Positions 35,783-45,472 of a stretch of DNA of 64,000 bases are shown here, one piece after another. Under the pieces are notes generated by a model that saw only the letters and a list, made by a program, of their open reading frames with translations, was not told the DNA's origin and searched no databases. Source of the DNA: a virus (taxonomy: Duplodnaviria; Caudoviricetes). The stretch spans positions 3,239 through 67,238 of IMG/VR virus record IMGVR_UViG_2827986130_000001; one strand, given 5' to 3'. Each line of letters opens with the position of its first letter. Positions within the stretch are counted from its first letter, which is position 1. The position numbers and the translations under genes were made by a program.

Positions 35783-37122
35783 TGTTGGACGGACTCCGAA
35801 ACAGCTTGGCGCGAGGGCTCGACGTCCTCGCGCAGCGCGTTTCCAGTGAGCCGCGCTACCCCGACGCGCAGCGCGTTGGGGGCGGATCGCGCACGCTCGC
35901 CGGCGTTTCGATCACCCCGGATTCCGCCGTCACCATCGCAACGGTCTGGGCATGCCTTCGGTACCTGTCCCAGACCGTCGCCGTTCTGCCGTGGCACGCG
36001 ATGAAGGATGGCGCCAAAGGCGCGGAGATCCAGTCAAAGCATTCCGTCGATTATCTGATCAACAAGCGACCGAACCCTGAATGGTCGTCGTTCCAGTTTC
36101 GCGAGACCCTGACCCATTGGGCGCTGCGCTGGGGCAACGGCTATGCCGAGATCGAGCGCGACCAACTGGGTCGCCCGTTCGCTCTTTGGCCAATCCATCC
36201 GGATCGCGTCGAGATTTGCCGCGACACCGAAACCGGCGTGCTGTTCTATGAGGTGAGCAACGGCGCCGGCGGCACAATCGAAATCGCCGCCATGGATATG
36301 TTCCACCTTCGCGGCTTCGGCGAAGGCCCGGTTGGCGTCAACGTCATCACCTATGCCGCTCAGTCCTTGGGATGGGCCAAGGCTGCCCAGCTTTTCGGCT
36401 CGTCGTTCTTCGGCAACGGCGCCAATGTTGCCGGCGTCGTCATCAACAAGAAGGGTCTGAAGGAAGGCGGCCTTAGAAAGCAGCGCGCCGAGTTCGACCA
36501 ACTCTACAAAGGCGTCCGCAACGCCAACAAGACAGCGTTCCTCGATAACGATGCCGATTGGAAAAAGATCGGCCTCAACGCCGAGGAAACTCAGCTTATC
36601 GAGGTGCATCAGTACCTCGTCGAGGAAATCTGTCGGTGGTTCGGCGTCCCACCGCACAAGGTGATGCATCTTCTCAGGGCAACGTTCTCGAACATCGAGC
36701 ACCAGGCGATCGAAGTCGTCGTCGACAGCGTTTCGCCTTGGGTCAAGCGGTTCGAGGACGAAGCCGACTACAAGCTGTTCGGCCAGAACCGTCAGGGGCT
36801 CTACACCAAGATGAACATGCGAGCCCTGATGCGTGGCGACCAGAAAACGCGCGGCGAATACTACAAGCTGATGCGCGAGGTCGGCGCTTATTCGCCGAAC
36901 AGGATCCTCGAACTCGAGGATGAGAACACCATCGGCGCAATCGGCGATATCCACACCATGAACTCGACGTACACGACACTGGAGCGGATCGGAGAGGATC
37001 CGATCAATCCAAGGGCTGTCTCCGGCAACAATGGCGGTCCGCCAATGGAGCCCGACGACGAAGCGCAGACCAACATGGCCGACTTCAACCGCATTCTGGG
37101 CCGGGAGGTCGAACATGCCTAA
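35782..37122 (+). CDS. Portal protein, HK97 family
   Basis: RPNP, GNGYAEI, FFGNGA, EICRWFGVPPH, SNIEHQ. Confidence 0.95.
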   Translation: MLDGLRNSLARGLDVLAQRVSSEPRYPDAQRVGGGSRTLAGVSITPDSAVTIATVWACLRYLSQTVAVLPWHAMKDGAKGAEIQSKHSVDYLINKRPNPEWSSFQFRETLTHWALRWGNGYAEIERDQLGRPFALWPIHPDRVEICRDTETGVLFYEVSNGAGGTIEIAAMDMFHLRGFGEGPVGVNVITYAAQSLGWAKAAQLFGSSFFGNGANVAGVVINKKGLKEGGLRKQRAEFDQLYKGVRNANKTAFLDNDADWKKIGLNAEETQLIEVHQYLVEEICRWFGVPPHKVMHLLRATFSNIEHQAIEVVVDSVSPWVKRFEDEADYKLFGQNRQGLYTKMNMRALMRGDQKTRGEYYKLMREVGAYSPNRILELEDENTIGAIGDIHTMNSTYTTLERIGEDPINPRAVSGNNGGPPMEPDDEAQTNMADFNRILGREVEHA

Positions 37123-38107
37123 CGGTGTGATTGAAAACCGCGCAACGCAGCCGAAGGCGCCCGAGGAGCCGAAACAGAACCCATTGGCGCAGGTGTGGGG
37201 CGGACTCCGCGATCTCGCTCTCCGCGTCGTCGCGCTGGAAAAACTTCCGCTCGGTCGAGACGGCCGTGATGGACTTGCCGGGGCCGCTGGGCCTCAGGGT
37301 CTGCAAGGCCCGTGCGGTGAGAGAGGTGAAGCCGGCCCTGTTGGCGCTACCGGCGAGCGCGGCGAGCCGGGGCTTCAGGGTGCGGTTGGTCCCCAAGGTG
37401 TCCAGGGTGAACGCGGCCCTCAAGGCGAGCAGGGTCCGCGCGGCGAGCGTGGCGAACCTGGTCCGCGTGGCGAAAACGGGCCGATCGGTGAAACTGGCCC
37501 AATTGGTCCGGCCGGCCCTCAAGGCGAACAAGGTCTCCGCGGCGAACAGGGCATCCCTGGCCCGAAGGGCGAGACCGGCGGCGGCGGGCCAGAAGGACCC
37601 GCCGGTCCGATAGGTGGTATCGGCCCTCAGGGCCCGCAGGGGGAAATTGGTCCCCAAGGTGTCCAGGGTGAACGCGGCCCTCAAGGCGAGCAGGGTCCCA
37701 TCGGCCGCGACGGTCGCGATGGTTTGCCGGGCGCTCCAGGTCCGCAGGGAGAGCGCGGTTCGCAGGGTGATACCGGACCTGAGGGCCCGCAAGGCGAGCC
37801 GGGCACAAAGGGTGAAGCCGGCGACATCGGACCATCTGGCCCCATGGGCCCGAAGGGCGATCAAGGAGAACCGGGACCGCAAGGCATCACCGGTCCGCAG
37901 GGGGCTCGTGGTGAAATCGGTCCGCAGGGTCCGCGCGGTATCAAAGGCGATGCCGGCGAGCGCGGCGAACCGGGGCCGGCCGGTGCCGCGATGGAAGTCG
38001 TAAATTTGCGGCCGGCAAGCCTCGCTGCCGCCGATCTTAGTCGCATTTACGAAGCCGAGATCGTCTTTGGCGACGGCACGGCGCTTCGCGTTCTCGCGCT
38101 TCAATAG
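37115..38107 (+). CDS. Collagen-like protein (82 uninterrupted Gly-X-Y triplets)
   Basis: GRD...GAA triplet run at 37253-37990, short flanking domains. Confidence 0.9.
   Translation: MPNGVIENRATQPKAPEEPKQNPLAQVWGGLRDLALRVVALEKLPLGRDGRDGLAGAAGPQGLQGPCGERGEAGPVGATGERGEPGLQGAVGPQGVQGERGPQGEQGPRGERGEPGPRGENGPIGETGPIGPAGPQGEQGLRGEQGIPGPKGETGGGGPEGPAGPIGGIGPQGPQGEIGPQGVQGERGPQGEQGPIGRDGRDGLPGAPGPQGERGSQGDTGPEGPQGEPGTKGEAGDIGPSGPMGPKGDQGEPGPQGITGPQGARGEIGPQGPRGIKGDAGERGEPGPAGAAMEVVNLRPASLAAADLSRIYEAEIVFGDGTALRVLALQ
37386..37698 (+). repeat. 52-bp exact direct repeat inside collagen gene
   Basis: 37386-37437 equals 37647-37698. Confidence 0.85.
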
Positions 38108-38117
38108 AGGGACGAAC

Positions 38118-38801
38118 ATGAGCGTTCATAAGAACGGCGGCGCCAAGGCGTCCGGCGGCTATCGGGTTGTTGCCCGGAGTTCCGACCGGGCCGAAATTTA
38201 TGTCTACGGCATCATCGGCCAAGACTGGTTCGGTGACGGGGTTACCGCCAAGCAGTTCGCCGAAGACCTGAAGAAACTCGGCAATGTGAAGACGATCGAT
38301 CTCAGGATCAATTCTGACGGTGGCGTCGTTACCGAAGCCCGCGCAATGTACAACCTGTTGGTCGAGCATAAGGCCAAGGTCATCACCCACATCGATGGTA
38401 TCGCTGCTTCGGCGGCGTCTTTCCTTGCGATGGCTGGTGAAGACATCGAAATCGCCGAAGGCGGCTTCTTCATGATTCACAACGCCCGGATGTCGGCGCG
38501 CGGCACCGCCGAGGACTTCGAGCGTGCCGCTACGATCCTCAGGACGGTCAACGAAACTATCGTCGAGACCTACGCCGCCCGGACCAAAAACACCGCTGCG
38601 GATTTGAAGAAATGGATGGACGCCGAGACCTGGTTCACGGGGAAAGAGGCCGTCGAAAAAGGCTTCGCCAACCGTGTCGTCGCAAACATGCAAGTCGCTG
38701 CGTCGCTGAACAATCCCGATGAGCGCTTCGTCAATCTTCCGGGTGCTCTGAGGCCGCGCCGAAACGTTGCGGCTTCGCGCCTTGCTGCGCTCGCTCGGTA
38801 A
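38118..38801 (+). CDS. ClpP-like head maturation protease
   Basis: RINSDGG, DGIAASAAS, MIHN, MDAETWF. Confidence 0.93.
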   Translation: MSVHKNGGAKASGGYRVVARSSDRAEIYVYGIIGQDWFGDGVTAKQFAEDLKKLGNVKTIDLRINSDGGVVTEARAMYNLLVEHKAKVITHIDGIAASAASFLAMAGEDIEIAEGGFFMIHNARMSARGTAEDFERAATILRTVNETIVETYAARTKNTAADLKKWMDAETWFTGKEAVEKGFANRVVANMQVAASLNNPDERFVNLPGALRPRRNVAASRLAALAR

Positions 38802-38895
38802 CTGAATTCCGGCCTAGCCGGTGTTGGCCTTCACGCGCCCTGGCCATGCGCATCTCGGTGGCCGAAAACGCCACTCCCACTCATGGAGACATGAC

Positions 38896-40299
38896 ATGAC
38901 CAAGCACCTTGTGCTGGCCGGCAGTGGCTTGCTCAGCAGCGCTGCATTCTTCGGCCCGATTACGATGGACGCCGCGAGCGCTATCACTGCTCTCGAAGAG
39001 CGTCGTCAGGAACTGATCGACGCGTCGCAGGCTCTTGTCGACGCAGCAGATGAAGCCGAAACAGACATCTCGGCAGAAGACCTCGCCACTATCGAGGCCA
39101 ATGCCGCCGAAGCCGAAAAGCTCGAAAAGCAGATTAACGCCCGCAAGGCGCTGTTGCCACAGGGTCAGGGCCGCCGCACCACGCCGGAGCCGACCAATCG
39201 GAACGAGCCGAATGGTGGCCAGCGTAAGATCCCGGCCAATCCTCGCAACAACGATCCCCGCGGCGGTTTTCGCAGTTTCGGGGAATTCGCAATCTGCGTG
39301 AATCAGGCGGCGCGCAATCCGGGCCAGGTCGACCAGCGCCTTGCAAATGCGGCGACCACTTATGGCAATGAAGGCACGGGTGCCGATGGTGGCTGGGCCG
39401 TGCCGCAGGAGTTCCGCCGCGGCATCTGGCAGAAGGTCATGTCGGACGAGAACCTTCTCACACGATGCGACCGCCTCGAGACCGGCGCCAACAACATGAC
39501 GGTGCCGAAGGATGAGACCACGCCTTGGCAGACCACTGGCGGCATCCAGGTCTACTGGGAAGGCGAAGGTTCCGCAGCTACCGCCTCGAAGCCGTCCCTC
39601 GAGATGTCGACCATCCGCCTCAACAAGCTGATGGCGCTGGTTCCGGTGTCCGAGGAACTGCTCGAGGATGCACCCGGCCTCGAATCCTGGCTCCGCTCCA
39701 AGGCCCCGATGAAGATGACGTCGAAGATCAACACCGCGATCATCGACGGCAGCGGCGCCGGCCAGCCTCTCGGCATCTTGCGTTCGACAAGCGTCATCTC
39801 GGTTGCGAAGGAAACCTCGCAGCCCGCCGACACCATCTATTTCGCCAATATCAACAAGATGTGGTCACGTCTCTATGCCCCGCTGCGCCGCAACGCGGTC
39901 TGGCTGATCAACCAGGACATCGAACCGCAGCTCGACGGCATGGCCTTCGACCCCGCTGCAACCGCTGGCAAGGTGCCGGTCTATCTCCCCGCCAACGGTC
40001 TCTCGGCGTCGCCCTACGCGTCGCTGAAGGGCCGGCCAGTCATCCCCGTCGAGGCATGCAAAACCCTCGGCGACAAGGGCGACATCATCCTGACCGACCT
40101 CAGCCAGTACATGGCGCTGACCAAGGCCGGCCAGGACATCAAGACCGATGTCTCGATGCACCTCTATTTTGACCAGGCATTGCAGGCGTTCCGGTTCATC
40201 TTCCGCGTCAACGGCCAGCCCTGGTGGGGTTCGGCAATCAGCCCGGAAAACGGCACCACGACTCGCTCCTGGGCTGTCACGCTCGACGAGCGCGCCTGA
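38896..40299 (+). CDS. Major capsid protein, HK97 fold
   Basis: Delta-domain coiled coil, DGGWAVP, VSEELLED, G.G.GQPLGI, GRPVI. Confidence 0.95.
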   Translation: MTKHLVLAGSGLLSSAAFFGPITMDAASAITALEERRQELIDASQALVDAADEAETDISAEDLATIEANAAEAEKLEKQINARKALLPQGQGRRTTPEPTNRNEPNGGQRKIPANPRNNDPRGGFRSFGEFAICVNQAARNPGQVDQRLANAATTYGNEGTGADGGWAVPQEFRRGIWQKVMSDENLLTRCDRLETGANNMTVPKDETTPWQTTGGIQVYWEGEGSAATASKPSLEMSTIRLNKLMALVPVSEELLEDAPGLESWLRSKAPMKMTSKINTAIIDGSGAGQPLGILRSTSVISVAKETSQPADTIYFANINKMWSRLYAPLRRNAVWLINQDIEPQLDGMAFDPAATAGKVPVYLPANGLSASPYASLKGRPVIPVEACKTLGDKGDIILTDLSQYMALTKAGQDIKTDVSMHLYFDQALQAFRFIFRVNGQPWWGSAISPENGTTTRSWAVTLDERA

Positions 40300-40374
40300 T
40301 CAACCTGACGGGGCTTCGGCCCCGCTCTTCCCCATCACGCGCCGCAGGGCGGCACAATTGAGAAAGACACTCCC

Positions 40375-40875
40375 ATGAACCAGCACATCCTGGAAAAGCT
40401 CCAGATCGCGGCGGGATTCGTGCCCGTCAGCATGGCTACCGCGCCGACCGAAGACTGGGTCAGCCTGAAAAATTACGGCCGCATGACCGTCGTGTTCTTC
40501 AAGGCGGCAGGTACCGCCGGCGACGACCCGACGCTCACGCTTGAGCAGGCCACCGCCGTTGCCGGCACCGGCGCGAAAGCCCTCAACTTCACCCGTATCG
40601 ACGTGAAGCAGGGCGCCGACCTGTTCGCAGTCGGTCAGTTCACCACCGTCACTCAGGCGGCGGCGAACACCTACACCGATGCGACGTCGGCGGAAGTGCA
40701 GGCGATCTGGGTGCTCGATGTGGAAGCCGAAGACCTCGACGTCGACGGTGGTTTCGACTGCATTCGTGCCTCGATCTCCGATGTCGGCACCAACGCTCAG
40801 CTCGGCTGCATGCTCTATCTCGGCCATGAGCCGCGATATGCCCAGGCGCCGATGCCGTCGATGATCTCCGACTGA
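40375..40875 (+). CDS. Virion protein (probable capsid decoration)
   Basis: Beta-rich, Thr/Ala-rich, immediately after MCP. Confidence 0.6.
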   Translation: MNQHILEKLQIAAGFVPVSMATAPTEDWVSLKNYGRMTVVFFKAAGTAGDDPTLTLEQATAVAGTGAKALNFTRIDVKQGADLFAVGQFTTVTQAAANTYTDATSAEVQAIWVLDVEAEDLDVDGGFDCIRASISDVGTNAQLGCMLYLGHEPRYAQAPMPSMISD

Positions 40876-40942
40876 CGGCAGGGATAACGCGAGCGGGCCG
40901 GCCTTTTTGGGGCGGCCCGCGTAACTCCGACAGGAGCATCTG

Positions 40943-41539
40943 ATGCCAAGCATCACCTTCACGCAGACCCGTGTCGTAAACGACCAGTTCAAGGGCACGG
41001 ACAAAGAAACCCGGTTCGAAGCCGGCCAGACATATCGACTGCCAAGCGCCTCGTGCGTCCGCTGGAAAAGCCGCGGTGTTGCGTTCGATGCGGCGGCCGA
41101 TATTACTTCGGACCCTGACCCAGCACCTGTCCCCGTTGAAATTCCAGAAGCCTGGCGCGATCTGAAGTGGCCGGCTCTCAAGGCTCTTGCTGCTGGCTTC
41201 ACGACCGCTGCCATCAACAAGAAAGAAGAGGCGATCGACGAGATCGAGGCCGAACTGTTCCGCCGGGAGCCCATTAGCATTGTTGCCTTCCAGCAGCGCA
41301 CCCGTCCCGACGGTGTGAAAAGCGTTTATGTCGATCGTGCATGGCCGACGAAGGTCGAGATTACCCCGGCGCTCTTCGAACAGGCTCCAGACCATTTCAC
41401 CTTCGATGCAGAGGCCAAAACGGTCACCATCGATATGGCGAACGGGCGCGCGGTCTACAGGATGGTCGAAGAAACCGTTTATGGCACCGCGATTCTTGGA
41501 CTGCTGGAAGGAAACTACGAGCCGGCGCCGGCGGAATAG
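40943..41539 (+). CDS. Hypothetical head-associated protein
   Basis: AGGAG RBS; IPEAWRDLKWPALKALA motif. Confidence 0.6.
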   Translation: MPSITFTQTRVVNDQFKGTDKETRFEAGQTYRLPSASCVRWKSRGVAFDAAADITSDPDPAPVPVEIPEAWRDLKWPALKALAAGFTTAAINKKEEAIDEIEAELFRREPISIVAFQQRTRPDGVKSVYVDRAWPTKVEITPALFEQAPDHFTFDAEAKTVTIDMANGRAVYRMVEETVYGTAILGLLEGNYEPAPAE

Positions 41540-41543
41540 CCCC

Positions 41544-42173
41544 TTGTTCTGGGCTCCGGACCTTCGCTTTGCCGGCGAGACGGTTTTCGTCATCGGGGGC
41601 GGGCCGAGCCTCGCCGGTTTCGATTTCTCCCGCCTGGCCGGGCGCCGTGTCATCGCTGTCAATTCGGCGGGCTATGACGCGCCTTGGGCCGACATCCTCT
41701 TCTTCCATGACAATTCGTGGTTTGAGGAAGAGCGGAACAGGGCACTGGTCGACGGTTGGAGCGGGCTGGTCATGACCGTCTCGCGCCACGCAAAGCTTGC
41801 GGCTCCGGAGCGCGTGATGCGCGTCGAGATCGCGCAGCGCCCCGATTTCCCGATCGGCCAGGGTCCGATCAAAGCGGGGCGTAGCAGCGGACAGACCGCA
41901 GTATCCCTGGCCGTTGCCATGGGCGCCGCTGCTGTCGCGCTTCTGGGCTTCGACATGCGGGATCGAAATGGTGTGACCCATTACCACGCCGATCGTCCGC
42001 TCTACACGGCTGAGCATGCCGAGCGGACGGTTGGCGAATATGCCGCGACGTTTCTGCCGGCATGGGCTGGATGGAATGCCGCCGCAGCGAAGGCAGGGTG
42101 CAGGATCCTCAACGCGACGCCGGGAAGTGCTTTGACTGAATTCCCGACTGTTGACCTGGAGACGTTGCTTTGA
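41544..42173 (+). CDS. DUF115/MAF-glycosyltransferase-like (MptE/TPK-like Rossmann) protein
   Basis: VIGGGPSL, VIAVN, FHD..WF, SSG..AV.LA..MGA...LLGFDM, HYH, ILNATPGSAL..FP; TTG start uncertain. Confidence 0.7.
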   Translation: MFWAPDLRFAGETVFVIGGGPSLAGFDFSRLAGRRVIAVNSAGYDAPWADILFFHDNSWFEEERNRALVDGWSGLVMTVSRHAKLAAPERVMRVEIAQRPDFPIGQGPIKAGRSSGQTAVSLAVAMGAAAVALLGFDMRDRNGVTHYHADRPLYTAEHAERTVGEYAATFLPAWAGWNAAAAKAGCRILNATPGSALTEFPTVDLETLL

Positions 42174-42799
42174 ACGCAGTTTCGCAAATCCGGATCGATG
42201 TCGGCTCTGTCCGTGGCTCGCAAGCCCTCTCACGGTTGCTTGAATATCGGGATATGCGGCGCATTCTCGATATAGGATCCGGCGCCGGCGAGCACGCCCG
42301 CATCATGCGGGCTGCGGGAAAGGATGTGACGACTGTTTCGCTGGAGACCCCAGCGGATCTTATCGGTGATTACTGCGCCACGCATGTGCTGTCCGAATTC
42401 GACGCGATCTGGGCAAGCCACGTCCTCGAGCATCAGCCGGATGTCGGTCTGTTCCTGCGCAAGTGCTATCGAGATCTCCGCCCAGGCGGTCTCCTGGCCG
42501 TTACCGTGCCGCCCGCGAAGCCCGATGTCGTCGGCGGGCATCTGACGACCTGGAATGCCGGGCTACTGATCTACAACCTGATTGTCGCCGGCTTCGATTG
42601 CCGTGATGCGCGGGTGTCGGCGCCCTATGCAAGCGGGCCTGGTTATCCGCCGTACAACATCAGCGTACTCGTCCTGAAGCGCCGGGCCGCGTTGCCGCCG
42701 CTTCGCTTCGACAACGGCGATATCGAAACCCTTGCTCCATTTTTCCCGGTTCCCGTTCGTCATGGCTTCGACGGACGGCTACCCGACATCAACTGGTGA
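42170..42799 (+). CDS. Class I SAM-dependent methyltransferase
   Basis: ILDIGSGAG, FDAIWASHVLEH, LRPGGLLAVTVP. Confidence 0.9.
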   Translation: MNAVSQIRIDVGSVRGSQALSRLLEYRDMRRILDIGSGAGEHARIMRAAGKDVTTVSLETPADLIGDYCATHVLSEFDAIWASHVLEHQPDVGLFLRKCYRDLRPGGLLAVTVPPAKPDVVGGHLTTWNAGLLIYNLIVAGFDCRDARVSAPYASGPGYPPYNISVLVLKRRAALPPLRFDNGDIETLAPFFPVPVRHGFDGRLPDINW

Positions 42800-42802
42800 C
42801 CG

Positions 42803-43450
42803 ATGCATCGCCTCCTGACCATAACGACGCCGGCGAGCGACTTGCAACTGCTGACCATCGCCCAGCTGCGCGAGGCCGCCGGCGTGACCGGCACGAGCGA
42901 TGACGCCAAATTGACCTCTCTTGGCCTCCGCATCGCTGCCGATATTACGACCGAATGCAACATCGCGGTTGGGGCCGGCGGTCCGCCGACACTGCGCCGC
43001 GAGACACTCACGGAGACATTCCGGTCCGTCTCGATCGGCGAGCTTCCATTGAGCCGCCGGCATGCCGTCGATATCACCAGCATCGTTGGAGACGGTGCGA
43101 CGCTTGATGCCGGCGACTATGTTGTTGATCCGGAATCCGGCCTTGTCACCCGGCTCTGCGATGACAATCCGGTCCGCTGGTGTGCGCGAAAGCTGGTTGT
43201 CGTCTACGAAGCCGGCTTCGACACGATCCCAGGCGACCTGCAGCATGCCGCGCTCGATTTCGTCCGCTTGTCCTGGCTGGAGAAGAACCGGGATCCTCTT
43301 GTGAAAAGCGAGAGGGTTCGAACGGACGATATCGAGGAAATCGAGCGGCAATACTGGATCGGATCGGTCCCGGGCCAGTCAAACGAAGGCGCCGTCCCGG
43401 ATGTCGTCGCCGGCCAGCTGGCGCGTTTCCGCAACTCGGCATTTGGGTGA
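42803..43450 (+). CDS. Head-tail connector/adaptor
   Basis: Y.VD..SG, VVYEAGF..IPGDLQHA. Confidence 0.8.
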   Translation: MHRLLTITTPASDLQLLTIAQLREAAGVTGTSDDAKLTSLGLRIAADITTECNIAVGAGGPPTLRRETLTETFRSVSIGELPLSRRHAVDITSIVGDGATLDAGDYVVDPESGLVTRLCDDNPVRWCARKLVVVYEAGFDTIPGDLQHAALDFVRLSWLEKNRDPLVKSERVRTDDIEEIERQYWIGSVPGQSNEGAVPDVVAGQLARFRNSAFG

Positions 43451-43453
43451 ACC

Positions 43454-43864
43454 ATGGAAAATCCTGGCATTTACAATCTCGGCGATCTCGCGATTACTAC
43501 TGCGGGGACACAGAATGGCGAACCCGTCACCGATCTCGATGGCATGCTGGCCGCTGCGGTCCAGTTGCGTTTTGCCTATGGCAGCGGCGGGACGTCGACG
43601 AAGGCGTACCTGCAGGCTTCCGCCGATCAGGGAACGACTTGGTTCGACATCGCATGTGCGGTATTCGGCACTGCAAGCGAAACGGCGCTGCTGAATTTTT
43701 CCGCGCTGACGCCGAAGACGACGCAGGTCAACCCGACCGATGGCGGTCTGGCCGATGATACCGCGGTTGACGGCCTTCTTTCCGATCGCATGCGTCTCAA
43801 GGTCGTTTCGGTCGGCACCTATGCCGGAAATACGCTGCTATCCGCGCGGCTGGTGGTGCGTTGA
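43454..43864 (+). CDS. Virion-associated beta protein
   Basis: YLQAS.D.GTTWFDIA motif; within structural operon. Confidence 0.6.
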   Translation: MENPGIYNLGDLAITTAGTQNGEPVTDLDGMLAAAVQLRFAYGSGGTSTKAYLQASADQGTTWFDIACAVFGTASETALLNFSALTPKTTQVNPTDGGLADDTAVDGLLSDRMRLKVVSVGTYAGNTLLSARLVVR

Positions 43865-44226
43865 GCAATCGCGACGACACGCCGGAGGGCATGATTGCCA
43901 GGCTTGACGCCTCGCTTGCGCGGCGTGGCGAGGACGTGAAGCTGCGGCGGCTCACCCTGGGGCCGAATGCGGTGCAAATCCCCTTCGATGCCGATGTTCG
44001 AGCCTCGATCCGACCAATGAGGCCGGAAGAACTCGTCGGTCACATCGATCAGACCTGGTCGCGGGTTATTTTGAGCCCGACCGATGTCAACCGAGCGCAA
44101 TGGCCGCTGCCGATACGCAAAGGCGACAAGATCGTCCAAGGCAGCACGCCTCGCAACGTCGAGTTCGTAAAGGCGATCACAGTGCAGAACACGCTCGTGC
44201 GCATCGAACTGACGGTGGGTGGCTGA
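43861..44226 (+). CDS. Head-closure protein
   Basis: Position and PIRKGDKI...RIEL.V.G pattern. Confidence 0.65.
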   Translation: MSNRDDTPEGMIARLDASLARRGEDVKLRRLTLGPNAVQIPFDADVRASIRPMRPEELVGHIDQTWSRVILSPTDVNRAQWPLPIRKGDKIVQGSTPRNVEFVKAITVQNTLVRIELTVGG

Positions 44227-44858
44227 TGGCTGGTTTCGAGACGTTCGAACGCGATCTCCGGTTCGCGACCAAGGGGCTGAAGCCCGAGGAGATCAACAAG
44301 GGACTGGCGAAGTTCGCTCGAGCCGAGCTTCGCCGGGTGATCACCTCCGGTCAGGCCAGCACGAGCTACGAGCGCTATGTCAACGGCGTGAAGGGTGCTG
44401 TCGAGGAGAGCGTCAAGGCACCGGGACCGATCCTCTACGAGTTCGTCAACTGGCCGCTGGTGATCCGTGCCGCTCTCGCCGAGTTGCAGCGCCGGTCGCC
44501 GCGACGGTCGGGGCGATATGCCGGCGGTTTCATCGTGCTGGCCAATGGTGCAACGGCACCGGATTATTCACGTATTCCGATCGATGCCGAGATCGTCATC
44601 TTCAATGCCCGTCCCTATACCCGCAAGATCGAGATCGGCGCCAACAAGACCGGTAAGCGGCATGTCGATGGGGCCAAATCCGCCATGGCGCGCCGGTTCA
44701 AGGATGCCTTCAAGTTCGAGACGCGGTTTCTGAACATCGCCGCCGGCATTCACCCGGAGGTGCCGTATCGGCTCAGGAATAGCCAAGGACGGCGCAAGGA
44801 TCGGCAGGCAGGTGGCCTGCTCACCTATCCGTCCCTCGTCATCAATGCGGTGCGCTGA
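44226..44858 (+). CDS. Tail completion/neck protein (HK97 gp10-like)
   Basis: SPRRSGRY, N..PY.RKIE.G. Confidence 0.7.
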   Translation: MAGFETFERDLRFATKGLKPEEINKGLAKFARAELRRVITSGQASTSYERYVNGVKGAVEESVKAPGPILYEFVNWPLVIRAALAELQRRSPRRSGRYAGGFIVLANGATAPDYSRIPIDAEIVIFNARPYTRKIEIGANKTGKRHVDGAKSAMARRFKDAFKFETRFLNIAAGIHPEVPYRLRNSQGRRKDRQAGGLLTYPSLVINAVR

Positions 44859-45262
44859 TGTCCAGTTACGCGGCTTTCGAGGTCATCGAACAATATCTGC
44901 GGGCGCAGTGGACGACCACGGAACTGGTGTTCGAAAACGACGATTTCCACCTGCATGGAACTCCGGCTCCGTTCGTCTATGTCGAGATCGTCGGCAATAC
45001 CTACGACCAGGCGTCGATCGGCGGCGGGACCGACAATCTCTGGCGGGAATTCGGCCAGCTCTATCTCCACGTCATGACGCCGAACGGCACCGGTAGCGGA
45101 CAGGCACGGCAGTACTGTGACCAGTTGCTCGCACAGTTCGTCGGCTCGGACATCGGCGCTTTGACCTTCCGCGAATCCTCGGTCGGTATGGGCGAGCCCG
45201 GCCAGACCTTCGGCAATTACTACGCCATGACGGCGAGCATCACCTGGTATCGAGACGAATAG
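44858..45262 (+). CDS. Tail terminator-like protein (DUF4128-like)
   Basis: FEN, G.L.LHV..P.G.G; precedes tail tube. Confidence 0.7.
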   Translation: MSSYAAFEVIEQYLRAQWTTTELVFENDDFHLHGTPAPFVYVEIVGNTYDQASIGGGTDNLWREFGQLYLHVMTPNGTGSGQARQYCDQLLAQFVGSDIGALTFRESSVGMGEPGQTFGNYYAMTASITWYRDE

Positions 45263-45273
45263 GAAAACCGACC

Positions 45274-45426
45274 ATGTTCAAGGTTCTGAAATCCTTCAAC
45301 ACCCGCAACCGCCGCATCTCCGAGGGCGAGACCGTCTCCGAGACCGACGATCTCGCCCCGCACACCATCGAGGGCCTTGCCGCCGGCAAGTTCATCGAAG
45401 CGCCCAAGTCCGAAAAGCGCAAGTAA
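45274..45426 (+). CDS. Small virion-operon protein (50 aa, not in ORF track)
   Basis: AGGA RBS; MFKVLKSFNTRNRRISEGETV...LAAGKFIE. Confidence 0.6.
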   Translation: MFKVLKSFNTRNRRISEGETVSETDDLAPHTIEGLAAGKFIEAPKSEKRK

Positions 45427-45472
45427 TCCCAACGGGCCGGGCAGCCGGCGCAATCATCTTTGGAGAGCCCCA

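Noticed and set aside
37253-37990. Repeat-rich stretch considered as a CRISPR or VNTR array
   Set aside because: 9-bp periodicity is fully explained by Gly-X-Y coding; no spacers
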